The translations under genes were made by a program, and so were the position numbers. Under the pieces are notes generated by a model. The model did no database searches and was not told the DNA's origin. It saw nothing but the letters and a program-made list of their open reading frames with translations. A stretch of DNA of 64,000 bases from Treponemataceae bacterium (GTDB taxonomy: Bacteria; Spirochaetota; Spirochaetia; Treponematales; Rectinemataceae): positions 1,792,001 to 1,856,000 of the forward strand of contig CAXXVZ010000003.1 in NCBI GenBank assembly GCA_963678065.2, in the 5' to 3' direction. Positions 31,503 to 40,576 of the stretch are shown here, one piece after another; the stretch's first letter is position 1, and every line of letters begins with the position of its first letter.

Positions 31503-33788
31503 TCAGCGCAGATCCTCCAGCCTTTCTTCGAAGGACCCGATCATCACGGTGATGGCGGGACGGATAGCCGCAGTCGTTCCTGCAAATCCGATGCCTCCCA
31601 TGATCCCGAGTTCTCCGGTCAGCTTCAGGCCGGCGCCCAGCGTGCCGGATATCCTGAGGGGCAGGAATCCAAACTCGCTGTCGGAGACCTGGTTCGCAGT
31701 TCCGACGCTCGCGTTGGCGAGGAGGAACACATTGCCGCCGAGGATGGGGTTGATCTGTCCCAGTTTGCGGCGCATCTCGAGACCGAGTCCGGCCACGCTG
31801 TTTCCGACCGCCACCTGCTGCGACGAGGTCAGGCCGTAGAACATCCCCTGTCGAACCAGACTGTAAAAGCGGGTGCCGTCGACGGGTTCGGTTCCCGGGA
31901 TGAATCCGGAAAAATCCGTGCCCGCGAAAGCGGCGACGCCGAGCGTCGACGCGGGGCCCAGGGGAATCGCGGCCTCGAAATCGAGATCGGCCTGCGCGAA
32001 GGTGAATTGGCTCTGGATAAGCGGATCGGACCATACCCCGTAGGCGAGAAGGGAGATGCCGCTTTCCGGGAATACGGTGTTCGACCTGGTATCGATTCTG
32101 AAGGCGCCGCGAAGCGCGACCTGCCTCTTCTCCTCTTTCGGGATCTTCGCGGCATCCAGGACCGATTCGATGGAGGCGCCGATCCGGAAATCCGCGTGCT
32201 GCCCCAGCGTCGTACCGGCCCAGAGCCCGCCGCCGTAGTGACGGTAGATCGAACTGATCGAGAGAAGCAAGTCCGGCACGGAATACTCGTCGATCTCGAA
32301 GGCGTAGCGGGCCCAGGGCATGACGAAGAGGGGTCCCATCGGCTGGAAGAACTCCGTGTAGCCCCTGAATCCGGAGCCAAGCGATGTGTTGACGAAGAGC
32401 GCCGAATCTTTGTTGGTCAGGCCGCGGAACATGAGGCCGGCGGAAATTTCAGAGGCGATGGACGAGGTGGTCGACACGATGGCGTCGAGGTCGAAGTTGA
32501 CGAGGATCGAGTTGCCCGGGTTGAACGTGGGCGTGAGGTATACGATGAGTCCGGCCGTTCCACCCGCCGCGGGCTCGAGGTCGATCTTCACGAGATCGAA
32601 TCTGCCGCTCCCGTATACGGCATCGATGGCGGCGCGCACGGCTTCCCTGGTCGGAGTGGCCCCGACGAGGCCGGAGAATGCCGCGCGAGCGAGCTCCTTG
32701 TCCTGCGCGGTTCCTCCCTCTATCTTGAGCGAGGAGAAAGGCAGCAGATCGTGGAAGGCCGCCCTGTTCGGCTGCTTTTCCGGTGATATGAGGGGTCTCG
32801 ACGCGGCTATCCTGTCGGCGATGGCTTTCAGTTGCGGCAACATGGCGCGGGCGCCCGCCTCTCCCTGCGCGATGATTCCGGCCGCTTCGCCGTAACTCGC
32901 TGTCGTGTAGGCGGAAAGATCGGGAACGATGAGAATGTCGGCGAGTTTCCGGCTCGGTTTCATGTTCTGCTGGATGAAAAGCCCGGCGGTCTGTCCGGTG
33001 ATGGCGAGCGCGTTGTTGAGCGATTCGGGTCCCTTCGGCTCGGAACCCCGGGATTCGACGGCTATGATGATGTCGGCCCCGAGTTCCTTCGCGATGTCAG
33101 TCGGAAGGTTGTCCACGATGCCGCCGTCGACGATGTGGCGTCCATCCAGGACGTAGGGTTTGAAGACGCCGGGGATCGACATCGACGAGCGCATCGCCTC
33201 CGCGAGGGATCCCTTCGAAAACACGATCTTGTCTCCGCTCCAGATATCGGCCGCCACAGCGCGGTACGGAACGGGAAGATCGTCGAAGTTGCGGATGGTC
33301 AGATTGTGCAAGGTCAGCTGGGTAAAAAGCGCGAGCACGTTCTGGCCCTCGAACAATCCTTCCCCGATCGCGAGTCCGTCTGCGCCGAATCCCACTCTGC
33401 CGGCATACCCTGTACGTTTCTGGAATTCGTAGCGGTCATCGGCAGAGGCTTTGCGATCCATGAAGACAGCGTTCCAGTCGATGTTCGTCACGATGTTTTT
33501 CATCTGCTCGGGCGAATAGCCTGCCGCGTAAAGGCCGGAGACGATGGAGCCCATGCTCGTCCCCATGACCATGTCGATGGGAATGCCGGCCTCTTCGAGG
33601 ACCTTGATGACACCGACATGAGCCATGCCGAAGGCTGAGCCTCCCGAGAGCACGAGGGCCACACGGGGTCTGGAGGGCGTTCCGGCGGCTGCCGGACCAG
33701 CGGGAGATTCGGCCCCGACGACGCCGGCGACGAAAATAAGAATGATCGTCAAAAAAGAGCGACGAAGCCTTTTCGAATGTGTGTTCAT
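31503..33788 (-). CDS. Patatin-like phospholipase with POTRA and Omp85-type beta-barrel (PlpD-like)
   Basis: Signal peptide, LSGGSAFGMAHVG, GTSMG, DGG; C-terminal amphipathic beta-strand pattern. Confidence 0.82.
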   Translation of the reverse strand: MNTHSKRLRRSFLTIILIFVAGVVGAESPAGPAAAGTPSRPRVALVLSGGSAFGMAHVGVIKVLEEAGIPIDMVMGTSMGSIVSGLYAAGYSPEQMKNIVTNIDWNAVFMDRKASADDRYEFQKRTGYAGRVGFGADGLAIGEGLFEGQNVLALFTQLTLHNLTIRNFDDLPVPYRAVAADIWSGDKIVFSKGSLAEAMRSSMSIPGVFKPYVLDGRHIVDGGIVDNLPTDIAKELGADIIIAVESRGSEPKGPESLNNALAITGQTAGLFIQQNMKPSRKLADILIVPDLSAYTTASYGEAAGIIAQGEAGARAMLPQLKAIADRIAASRPLISPEKQPNRAAFHDLLPFSSLKIEGGTAQDKELARAAFSGLVGATPTREAVRAAIDAVYGSGRFDLVKIDLEPAAGGTAGLIVYLTPTFNPGNSILVNFDLDAIVSTTSSIASEISAGLMFRGLTNKDSALFVNTSLGSGFRGYTEFFQPMGPLFVMPWARYAFEIDEYSVPDLLLSISSIYRHYGGGLWAGTTLGQHADFRIGASIESVLDAAKIPKEEKRQVALRGAFRIDTRSNTVFPESGISLLAYGVWSDPLIQSQFTFAQADLDFEAAIPLGPASTLGVAAFAGTDFSGFIPGTEPVDGTRFYSLVRQGMFYGLTSSQQVAVGNSVAGLGLEMRRKLGQINPILGGNVFLLANASVGTANQVSDSEFGFLPLRISGTLGAGLKLTGELGIMGGIGFAGTTAAIRPAITVMIGSFEERLEDLR

Positions 33789-34077
33789 CGTGTATCTCCT
33801 GTCCGAGATGCCCCTGCGGCAACTGGCGGGCAGTTCGATACTAGCGGATAGGAAAACGGAATGCAAACCAAAACGCCCCGAGGGAAAACTTTTTTGTCCC
33901 AATATCGCGGATCGTGGGAATTGCGATCGGGCTCTTAAAAAACGAAAACGGAACCCTCGCCACAACCTCCCTCTTGCCGGATCCATCACGGAATCCGTCT
34001 CGAGTTCGGAAACAGGCTTGAGCTCCGTTTTCGGTTGCCCACAATAATTTCATGCACCGCATGAAATCGCAAAACGT

Positions 34078-34129
34078 TGCGGCGAAGAGGACTTGAACCT
34101 CCATGCCTCTCAGCACTAGCACCTCAAGC
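34078..34129 (-). repeat. att site: displaced 3' half of tRNA-Leu
   Basis: 49 of 52 positions identical to 40577-40628; similarity ends just past the anticodon loop. Confidence 0.92.
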
Positions 34130-34371
34130 CGCAAAATAGTCTTTATCCCGAGTTAACACACGTTATCGCGTAATGCTTAAACCTTGATACGGGAAGGACT
34201 AGACTCCCCGTGAAACTAGCCTAAGCTTAGCCCGGTTTAGCGCGCTTTACAAGTGGCGGCGGTAACGTGGCGAGAAACGCATCGACACTAGCCTCAGCTA
34301 GTGACAGTATTCAAAGTATTAAAAGACGTTCCATTTGCTTCACAAGCGATACAGGATAATTTTTGAGGTAA

Positions 34372-34848
34372 CTACCATTCGCTTGATTTCGCTGTTAACA
34401 TTGCATAGAGACTTGCATACAGGTTATCTACTGCCGGCCTCAAGCATTTGTTTATTGCGAAATCACTATCGAGCCTACTCTCACTACTATTCCCCGACAC
34501 TGAAACAAGAATAAAAGCATCCTCAACGCTTGCCCTTATCTTGTTATCTTTTACTTCTATCGTTAGGGTAAAATGTGTATCCATTGGTATGCCCATTCCA
34601 TACTTAACCACCATAATGCCCTTGCCCACTATTTTTCCCGCTTCCTTGTCCTGATACTGAATAACCGCCTTTGCTGATTTGAAGGATTTTACCACCCAAT
34701 CCATACATAGTACATAAAGTTCAGCCTTGGGCTTCTGAACCTCAAAAACCTTCTCGATCACACGCTGATCGACAGGCACTACGGGTGAGGATGAAGCGCA
34801 CCCGGCAAGTAGTATTGTAGTGAGAAAAAAAGGAAAAAGCCTTTTCAT
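34372..34848 (-). CDS. Lipoprotein cargo (DUF4468-like)
   Basis: Lipobox LLAGC; W..KSFKSAKAVIQYQDKEAGKIVGKG; AT-rich. Confidence 0.7.
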   Translation of the reverse strand: MKRLFPFFLTTILLAGCASSSPVVPVDQRVIEKVFEVQKPKAELYVLCMDWVVKSFKSAKAVIQYQDKEAGKIVGKGIMVVKYGMGIPMDTHFTLTIEVKDNKIRASVEDAFILVSVSGNSSESRLDSDFAINKCLRPAVDNLYASLYAMLTAKSSEW

Positions 34849-35185
34849 TAATTATAACCTCCCTAAACCGCTAAAAACAGAATAGCTCCATTTTACCACT
34901 GGCTTAGGAATACACAAGCAGTAAATCTACAGTATTTCATATCCACGTCTTGAGAAAAAATTAGCCGCCGAGTCGGTCTATTATTTTGAACCATGAGCAT
35001 ATCGAAAGTTGAAGTGAACTTACTTCCTCGGACTTTCGACGCTCTCCGGTTTCCTATTACTCATAGCGCTACTGCGGTGGTTTGTGTTTTTGCGACCGCC
35101 TTGCCGATGCTTGATTTAAGGGCCTCTGTACAGAAAAGGGCAAACTCGCAAAATATAACGTTCGTTATTATTCCGTTTTGAGCCC

Positions 35186-35362
35186 TTAGTCAAAAACAAT
35201 AATGATTGGTTCAATCCCAATCCGCTCAGCCTCCGCCTCAAGACGTGCTATCTCCGTTCTTGCTCCTTCATTGCCTATCTTGGCTTTATTAACAAAGAAG
35301 ACTCCAGGGCGCCGGTTGCATTGCTCGAGTCCTTTTATCCGGGCGAGAAGTGCTCTATTCAC
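35186..35362 (-). CDS. Small hypothetical protein (58 aa)
   Basis: GTG start overlaps the previous TGA; MNRALLARIKGLEQ...IIIVFD; below the ORF-track cutoff. Confidence 0.5.
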   Translation of the reverse strand: MNRALLARIKGLEQCNRRPGVFFVNKAKIGNEGARTEIARLEAEAERIGIEPIIIVFD

Positions 35363-35607
35363 TTCCTAGCCTCCTCAAGTTTTTCTAGCCGACGCTCCAT
35401 GTCCTCTAAAGCCTCGTCCCGCCTTACTGTTGCAGCTTGCCCGAGGATGAATGTCAACGCTCGATAGAATTGAACCTTTGCAGGATCCGGCCCGGACTCT
35501 CGGCATTCCGCATAAACGCGGCAAATCTCTTTGCGAATTGCGGATAGCGTGGAAAGGCGCCTGCCCCGGTCGGACTTTTTTTCGTCTTCAATCTGCTCTA
35601 AACCCAT
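35359..35607 (-). CDS. Small helical phage/satellite-type hypothetical protein
   Basis: RRLSTLSAIRKEICRVYAECR...LEDMERRLEKLEE; RBS GGAGAGG. Confidence 0.6.
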   Translation of the reverse strand: MGLEQIEDEKKSDRGRRLSTLSAIRKEICRVYAECRESGPDPAKVQFYRALTFILGQAATVRRDEALEDMERRLEKLEEARK

Positions 35608-35761
35608 ATTTTCAAAGCCTCTCCGTAGTTTCTTGCGTTGCGTTTTGTGGCCTTTACCATGCTGTTTACCTCCGAAAAAGTAACAAGAATTGGCTCAGTG
35701 AATACCGGCCCTCTGTAAGTCGCACTCCTCTAACGAATTACAGAGGGCTGCCACTTGCCTA

Positions 35762-36160
35762 TTATGCTGAGAGCTTAGGATTCCATGGAGATTGTAGGCC
35801 CATTTCGTTAATGAGTAGCCCTTCACTGGGCGAGAGGTCGCCTTCCTCCGCGTCGTATGTTTTCAAGAGTAAGTCCCCGGCAAGCGCGAAAGCTTCCAGT
35901 TGGTCGCCAAGTAAGGCTATACGCGGATCGTCAACGAAAAGCTCGGCCGAGAGAACACGCGCCTCATTTCGCCGCGCCCGAATCCAGGAAACAAGCCCGG
36001 CCCTGTCGCCCCCGAAAAAGTCTGTTGCCCCTGCCATAATCTCCACGAATGTTTTCAGCTGTCGAATATCCGTGTTCTTTTCCTCCCAAATAATCGGCCC
36101 CGAGGGCAGAGCCACAAGGCCACGCCCCCGGTAGCCCTTACCAGATTTCCAGTTCGTCAT
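35762..36160 (-). CDS. Hypothetical protein of the integrative element
   Basis: 132 aa ORF overlapping the end of the DUF3631-type gene. Confidence 0.5.
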   Translation of the reverse strand: MTNWKSGKGYRGRGLVALPSGPIIWEEKNTDIRQLKTFVEIMAGATDFFGGDRAGLVSWIRARRNEARVLSAELFVDDPRIALLGDQLEAFALAGDLLLKTYDAEEGDLSPSEGLLINEMGLQSPWNPKLSA

Positions 36161-37652
36161 CGGCCTTGACGGGTAGCACTTCGCATCTGCTACCGCTACT
36201 TTCTGCTTCCTTGCTTATATCTTTATCAGGTATAACGTTAGGCTCGAATAGGGAGCGGGTAGCAGTTGATTCCAGGTAGCGCGCGAATATTTCCTTGAAG
36301 TCTTCCACGCGGTAAGCCCGCGCGTTCCGCCCCGCCGTCTTCATTTGAACAGATTGAATCCCGAACGGCTTCAAGTACCGTGCAAGGTTGTTTTTAGAGA
36401 ATCCCTTTCCCCCGGCGAATCCAGGCCACGGATGATCTTCAAGTGAAAGTAGATACTCTACAACCTCTTCAGAAGTGAATGCGGTTTTATAGGTAGCCGA
36501 GGAAAAGAGCGCTCGGAGGTCGCGGAGTAGTAGCGTCCTCACGTCGTCGTCGTCGCTATCAGATTGTGCGCATACCGCTATAGCTGCCTCTCGGGCTATC
36601 CTTGACCACTCTCCCCCAGCTACGTCTGCAATACGCAAAAGCTCGCGCCATGCGTCCGCTTGCCTGTCGTTCAATTCAATGGGTATTTGAGGGTCAATGG
36701 CAGCTATCTTTTTTTGACTATCCGTCGTCCATCTAACGATACGACGACGAAGCTCTTCAAAGCCTTGGTCTTGATCGGCGCGAAGGCGTTCGACCGTTTC
36801 CTCTCCCTTTTTCCGCTTCATCGGGATGAGGAGTGCCCTATCGGCCAGCGTTGACGGAAGATGTCCTATAAGCCCGAGAGCCTTCGGGCACCACGTCGAA
36901 AAAATACGCGGTTCTTGATCTTCGCCTGAGCATCGAATGGCATAGGCCGCCGTCCGTGAAAAACTCGCGTTGACAAGTGTCCTTAGGTCTTCATTTTCCT
37001 TGAAGATCGAATCCGCTTCGTCAAGAACAAGAGTAGGCCTAAACTTTTCAACTACCCTAAAGAGTGCAGCGCTTGTAATCGTAGAAGCAGGAAGGGCTTT
37101 CAAGGCAAGGCGTGATACTACTTCAAGAGCTGTTGTCTTTCCGCATCTTTTAGTTGCCGAGAAGAAAACCAAAAGAGGCAAACAAGCGGCATGATCGACT
37201 AGGTAGGACAAGGTAAGCCATAGAGCCATCGATTCAACCGCGTACGGAGGCGCTATCAGGAAGCGCCGAATCTGTTCGACCAATGAATCTAGAAGAGTTG
37301 CGCCATCTACGCGGCTAGGCCATGCCTCAGGCGCTTCTAGCGCGATTTCACGGCCCTGTGTCACCTTCTCGGGTTTCGCTTCCCGACGGATTCGATCGAG
37401 AAAAGACGGGCGGACTACATACTCTTTCGCTAGGGCCTTCCGCTGCGTCTCGTATTCCTCATCGCTCAAGGAAATAATTTTTTCACGAAGCCCGGAAGTA
37501 TCTGCTACCTCGCTACCATTTGCACCTATCTCGTCTTCCGATCTGCAATTAGGTTCGGTAACATTCGGTAGCGGTAACGGATTCAATCTGCTACCCGGTA
37601 TCGGGGCGAGTAAATCGGCGGCGCCGGGGGAAGGTAAGTCTTTATTTCCCAT
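36138..37652 (-). CDS. DUF3631-type replication protein (P-loop NTPase/helicase-like)
   Basis: PEAWPSRVDGATLL, Walker A-like KRCGKTT, Walker B LVLDEAD, NDRQADAW, C-terminal LARYLKPFGI; no primase domain recognised. Confidence 0.78.
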   Translation of the reverse strand: MGNKDLPSPGAADLLAPIPGSRLNPLPLPNVTEPNCRSEDEIGANGSEVADTSGLREKIISLSDEEYETQRKALAKEYVVRPSFLDRIRREAKPEKVTQGREIALEAPEAWPSRVDGATLLDSLVEQIRRFLIAPPYAVESMALWLTLSYLVDHAACLPLLVFFSATKRCGKTTALEVVSRLALKALPASTITSAALFRVVEKFRPTLVLDEADSIFKENEDLRTLVNASFSRTAAYAIRCSGEDQEPRIFSTWCPKALGLIGHLPSTLADRALLIPMKRKKGEETVERLRADQDQGFEELRRRIVRWTTDSQKKIAAIDPQIPIELNDRQADAWRELLRIADVAGGEWSRIAREAAIAVCAQSDSDDDDVRTLLLRDLRALFSSATYKTAFTSEEVVEYLLSLEDHPWPGFAGGKGFSKNNLARYLKPFGIQSVQMKTAGRNARAYRVEDFKEIFARYLESTATRSLFEPNVIPDKDISKEAESSGSRCEVLPVKADDELEIW

Positions 37653-37923
37653 AGACGTACCCCCGGTATGCCCTCAGCCCAGGAAGCAAGTGGCGCTTGC
37701 CCTTTCCCTCTCGTATGATTGAGAGAACCCAGTTTTCCCATTCGGACTCGGCTATGTCGGCGAGGTAATAGGCAAGTTGGTCACGGCTTATCGTCGGGCA
37801 AAGTAAGAAGGATTCTTCCCTAACTAGGAACAATTCGTCATGCCTGTTCAACCCTATTTTTGTCCGTGGGGTTGAGAGAACGCGACGTATCGCGGCCATG
37901 TTCGGCGTTTCAGCGGTGCTCAT
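37642..37923 (-). CDS. Hypothetical protein of the integrative element
   Basis: 93 aa; overlaps both neighbours. Confidence 0.55.
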   Translation of the reverse strand: MSTAETPNMAAIRRVLSTPRTKIGLNRHDELFLVREESFLLCPTISRDQLAYYLADIAESEWENWVLSIIREGKGKRHLLPGLRAYRGYVYGK

Positions 37924-38102
37924 TTTGCACCTGCCTTGCGCTGTACTGACGCGGACACGTCTACGCGCGATATTTCCCCTTGGTGGAAAATCAAGGTAAT
38001 ACCAGCGCTTCCAAATTGAGGGGCGTTTCCTAAAAGCTCTTTCAGGTAAGGGGCGGCAACTTCAAAAAGCTCGGCCGCTCGGGTGCTGTTCGCGGCGGCC
38101 AT
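37920..38102 (-). CDS. Small hypothetical protein (weak DUF2292/YezD-like resemblance)
   Basis: 60 aa; FGSAGITLIFHQGEISRVDV; ATG directly after the xis-like stop. Confidence 0.5.
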   Translation of the reverse strand: MAAANSTRAAELFEVAAPYLKELLGNAPQFGSAGITLIFHQGEISRVDVSASVQRKAGAK

Positions 38103-38103
38103 G

Positions 38104-38286
38104 CTAGCGCACCTCGCCCGCGAGAGCCTGAGCAAGTAGGGAGTCAATCGCACTTACAGGAACAAGACGCCTTCCACCAAGGCGAAGCGAGGGGAGCTTA
38201 CCAGATTCGCACCAGCGATAGGCAGTAATTTCGTGAATTCCAAGGATAGTCGCAACTTCCGCGACTGATAAGAATTTCTTTTCCAT
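38104..38286 (-). CDS. Excisionase/AlpA-like HTH protein
   Basis: LSVAEVATILGIHEITAYRWCESGKLPSLRLGGRRLVP. Confidence 0.85.
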   Translation of the reverse strand: MEKKFLSVAEVATILGIHEITAYRWCESGKLPSLRLGGRRLVPVSAIDSLLAQALAGEVR

Positions 38287-38336
38287 AGCGTTTACCCGTG
38301 CAAGTAGGCTTAGCGCGCCCATAAGAGCGGCTTTCC

Positions 38337-38413
38337 CCCGGATTAGGCCGGGCCACTTGCAAGCGGATTAGGGCCGCTAGCGCCACCTACCCCGGATTAA
38401 GGCCGGGCCACTT
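38337..38413. repeat. Three tandem hairpin units upstream of the xis-like gene
   Basis: CCCGG-ATTAGG-CCGGG-CCACTT; AGCGG-ATTAGGG-CCGCT-AGCG-CCACCT; CCCGG-ATTAAGG-CCGGG-CCACTT. Confidence 0.8.
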
Positions 38414-38627
38414 CTTAACGATATTATAGTTTTGCTATCATTCTAATTATATTTGCTACCTTTTTAGAATATACTCTCTTTAGTTAATATTAGCAAGTGT
38501 ATATCCCTAAAAATGGAGCTGAGGTAACACGCAAGGTATTCACTCCCGGCCCCTCCGTCCTAACTCACGCCCCGCCGTGGTTTATCACGTGGATACCCTC
38601 CGCCTTATACGCGGGTGACAAAAGGCA

Positions 38628-38924
38628 TTAAGCCTCTTTGCGCCGTGGCATTGCTTGAAGTTTGAGACCGAGGGCCGCGATGATCTTCACAATTGTGTCG
38701 AAAGTAGGATTCCCATCGGGAGAGAGCGCTTTATACAGACTCTCCCGGCCTAAACCTGTGTCGCGGGCAATTTGAGTCATACCCTTTGCGCGTGCGATAT
38801 CCCCAAGCGCAGCAGCGACTAGGCTGGCATCATCCTCTTCAAGTGCAGCCTCCAAATAGAGGGACATTTTTTCTTCGCTGTCGAGAAACTCAATGGGGTC
38901 CCATTCTCGGGTTTTTATTGCCAT
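38628..38924 (-). CDS. Addiction-module antitoxin (HI1420-type HTH)
   Basis: ALGDIARAKGMTQIARDTGLGRESLYKALSPDGNPTFDT. Confidence 0.92.
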   Translation of the reverse strand: MAIKTREWDPIEFLDSEEKMSLYLEAALEEDDASLVAAALGDIARAKGMTQIARDTGLGRESLYKALSPDGNPTFDTIVKIIAALGLKLQAMPRRKEA

Positions 38925-38926
38925 AG

Positions 38927-39220
38927 TCAATCCTCCAATCCATGCGCGAGACTCTTCGCGCGCTCGATGTCTCTATCCTGCGTAGATTTATCTCCTCCCG
39001 CAAGAAGAACGACAACTTCGGTCCCTCGAAAAACGTAATAGACGCGGTATCCAGGGCCATAGTCTATTCGCATTTCCTCTATACCCTCGCCGACAGAGCG
39101 CCAATCTCCTCGATTGCCTAGCGAAAGGCGACGGATTCGCGCATTGACTCGGGCCTGTGCCCGTTCATCTCTCAAGCCTTTAATCCACTCGTGGAATTCA
39201 TCGGTTTCACGAACCGTCAT
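38927..39220 (-). CDS. RelE/ParE-superfamily toxin (addiction-module killer)
   Basis: ARIRRLSLGNRGD..SVGEGIEEMRIDYGPGYRVYY, LLAGGDKSTQ. Confidence 0.92.
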   Translation of the reverse strand: MTVRETDEFHEWIKGLRDERAQARVNARIRRLSLGNRGDWRSVGEGIEEMRIDYGPGYRVYYVFRGTEVVVLLAGGDKSTQDRDIERAKSLAHGLED

Positions 39221-39225
39221 ATCTA

Positions 39226-39254
39226 TATTGTATCCCATAGGATACAATAGTCAA
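39226..39254 (-). promoter_or_regulatory. TA promoter with overlapping palindromic operator
   Basis: TTGACT-16 nt-TACAAT; perfect IR TATTGTATCC-CATA-GGATACAATA (39226-39249). Confidence 0.75.
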
Positions 39255-39302
39255 GTGTTTTCGCATAATTTCCATACTTGATGTCAGGGATATTGTGCAC
39301 GG

Positions 39303-40472
39303 TCATTTCCCGGCCGCCTTCGCGATGCTGTCGGATATTGCGCCATTGAGGGCAAGGCGAGCCGCTGCGAAGTCGACGACGTTCTCGGCATGACTGTAAC
39401 GCTCCATCATTCCGGCGGACTTATGCCCGGCGAGGCGTTGTACAGCGAAGTCAGGAACCCCGGCGGCACGAGTCATTGAAACATAGGTATGACGGAGACC
39501 ATGAAAGACCAGATTGCGTTCCTTGCGAGCATCTTCATTGATACCGATTAACCCGAGGACTCTACGAAAGCCGCGCTCGATCACGTTTTTATCTGCGGGC
39601 CGCGTCGAGTCCCTGTCATTCCATAGAACGAAGGGCGAGGCCTCGGGAGCACAAGCCCGGCACAGCTTCACGGCTTCGAGGACGGCGGCGGGAAGTGGTA
39701 CATCGCGACGGCTCCCGCATTTCGGCGCCTTCACGCCCTCGCCCGCTTGCCAGTTGTGGACGATATGGAGCATTCCCGCCACTTCGTCCACGTCCTCCCA
39801 TTGGAGCCCTACGGCTTCGCCGAGACGGAGCCCGCAGAGAGCGCCGAGGAGAATCGCGCAACGGAGGCGCGGCGATTCCTCGCGAAGCTCTATGATTCTC
39901 GCAAGTTCGTCAACCGAGAGCGTCCCGCGTTCCTTCGGTGTCTCGGCGACATGTGCGAGATATTGGAGCGGATCGGCAACGCGATTTCGGCGCGCCCAGT
40001 CGGAAACCGGCACGCGGACAGCTTGAATCAGACTATTGATCGATCGCGGCCCTACACCTGCCGCAGAGAGCCCGAGGACGATTTTTTCCATGAGAGACTC
40101 ATTGAGCTGATGAAGACGGATGCTCTTCAAAGGAACGCCGAAATGTTTTTTGATTATCATGGCGTTGATTTCGACATAGTGGAGCGAGAGCGGACGGCCG
40201 CGAAGCCGCTTCATCTTGGCATAATCGGAATCGACGCGCCAAAAGTCGGCAAGGAAGTCGAGGATAAAGGGATCGCACTTCGCCCGCCCCTCTCCACGAT
40301 CGTACAAGGCCTTCGCTTCGCATACCGCGGCCGTCTTGGCTGTCGCCTTCAAGGTCTTCGTTAAGACGATGTTTCCATCTTCATCGAAGAATCGGGCGCA
40401 GTAACGAATGACTGATTTTCCAGTAGCACGATCTCGGGAAGTGCGCTTGAAAATAGAAAACGGAGCCCGCAT
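39303..40472 (-). CDS. Tyrosine recombinase/integrase
   Basis: GLRLGE, K, FHGLRH, LAGH, Y catalytic residues; adjacent to the tRNA. Confidence 0.93.
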   Translation of the reverse strand: MRAPFSIFKRTSRDRATGKSVIRYCARFFDEDGNIVLTKTLKATAKTAAVCEAKALYDRGEGRAKCDPFILDFLADFWRVDSDYAKMKRLRGRPLSLHYVEINAMIIKKHFGVPLKSIRLHQLNESLMEKIVLGLSAAGVGPRSINSLIQAVRVPVSDWARRNRVADPLQYLAHVAETPKERGTLSVDELARIIELREESPRLRCAILLGALCGLRLGEAVGLQWEDVDEVAGMLHIVHNWQAGEGVKAPKCGSRRDVPLPAAVLEAVKLCRACAPEASPFVLWNDRDSTRPADKNVIERGFRRVLGLIGINEDARKERNLVFHGLRHTYVSMTRAAGVPDFAVQRLAGHKSAGMMERYSHAENVVDFAAARLALNGAISDSIAKAAGK

Positions 40473-40576
40473 AGACCCTTCTTTGCATCGCCTAGTAACG
40501 TAGGCGGTAACTCGGGTTTTGCGTGCTCCGTTTTTAGGTCGCACTCAAGGACGCATGTCCTTGTCTTTCAACTATC

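Noticed and set aside
34078..34129. Second intact tRNA-Leu
   Set aside because: Only the 3' half is present; the D-arm and 5' acceptor strand are absent
38337..38413. Possible mini-CRISPR array
   Set aside because: Units are nearly contiguous with no unique spacers, and no cas genes are present; kept as a structured repeat
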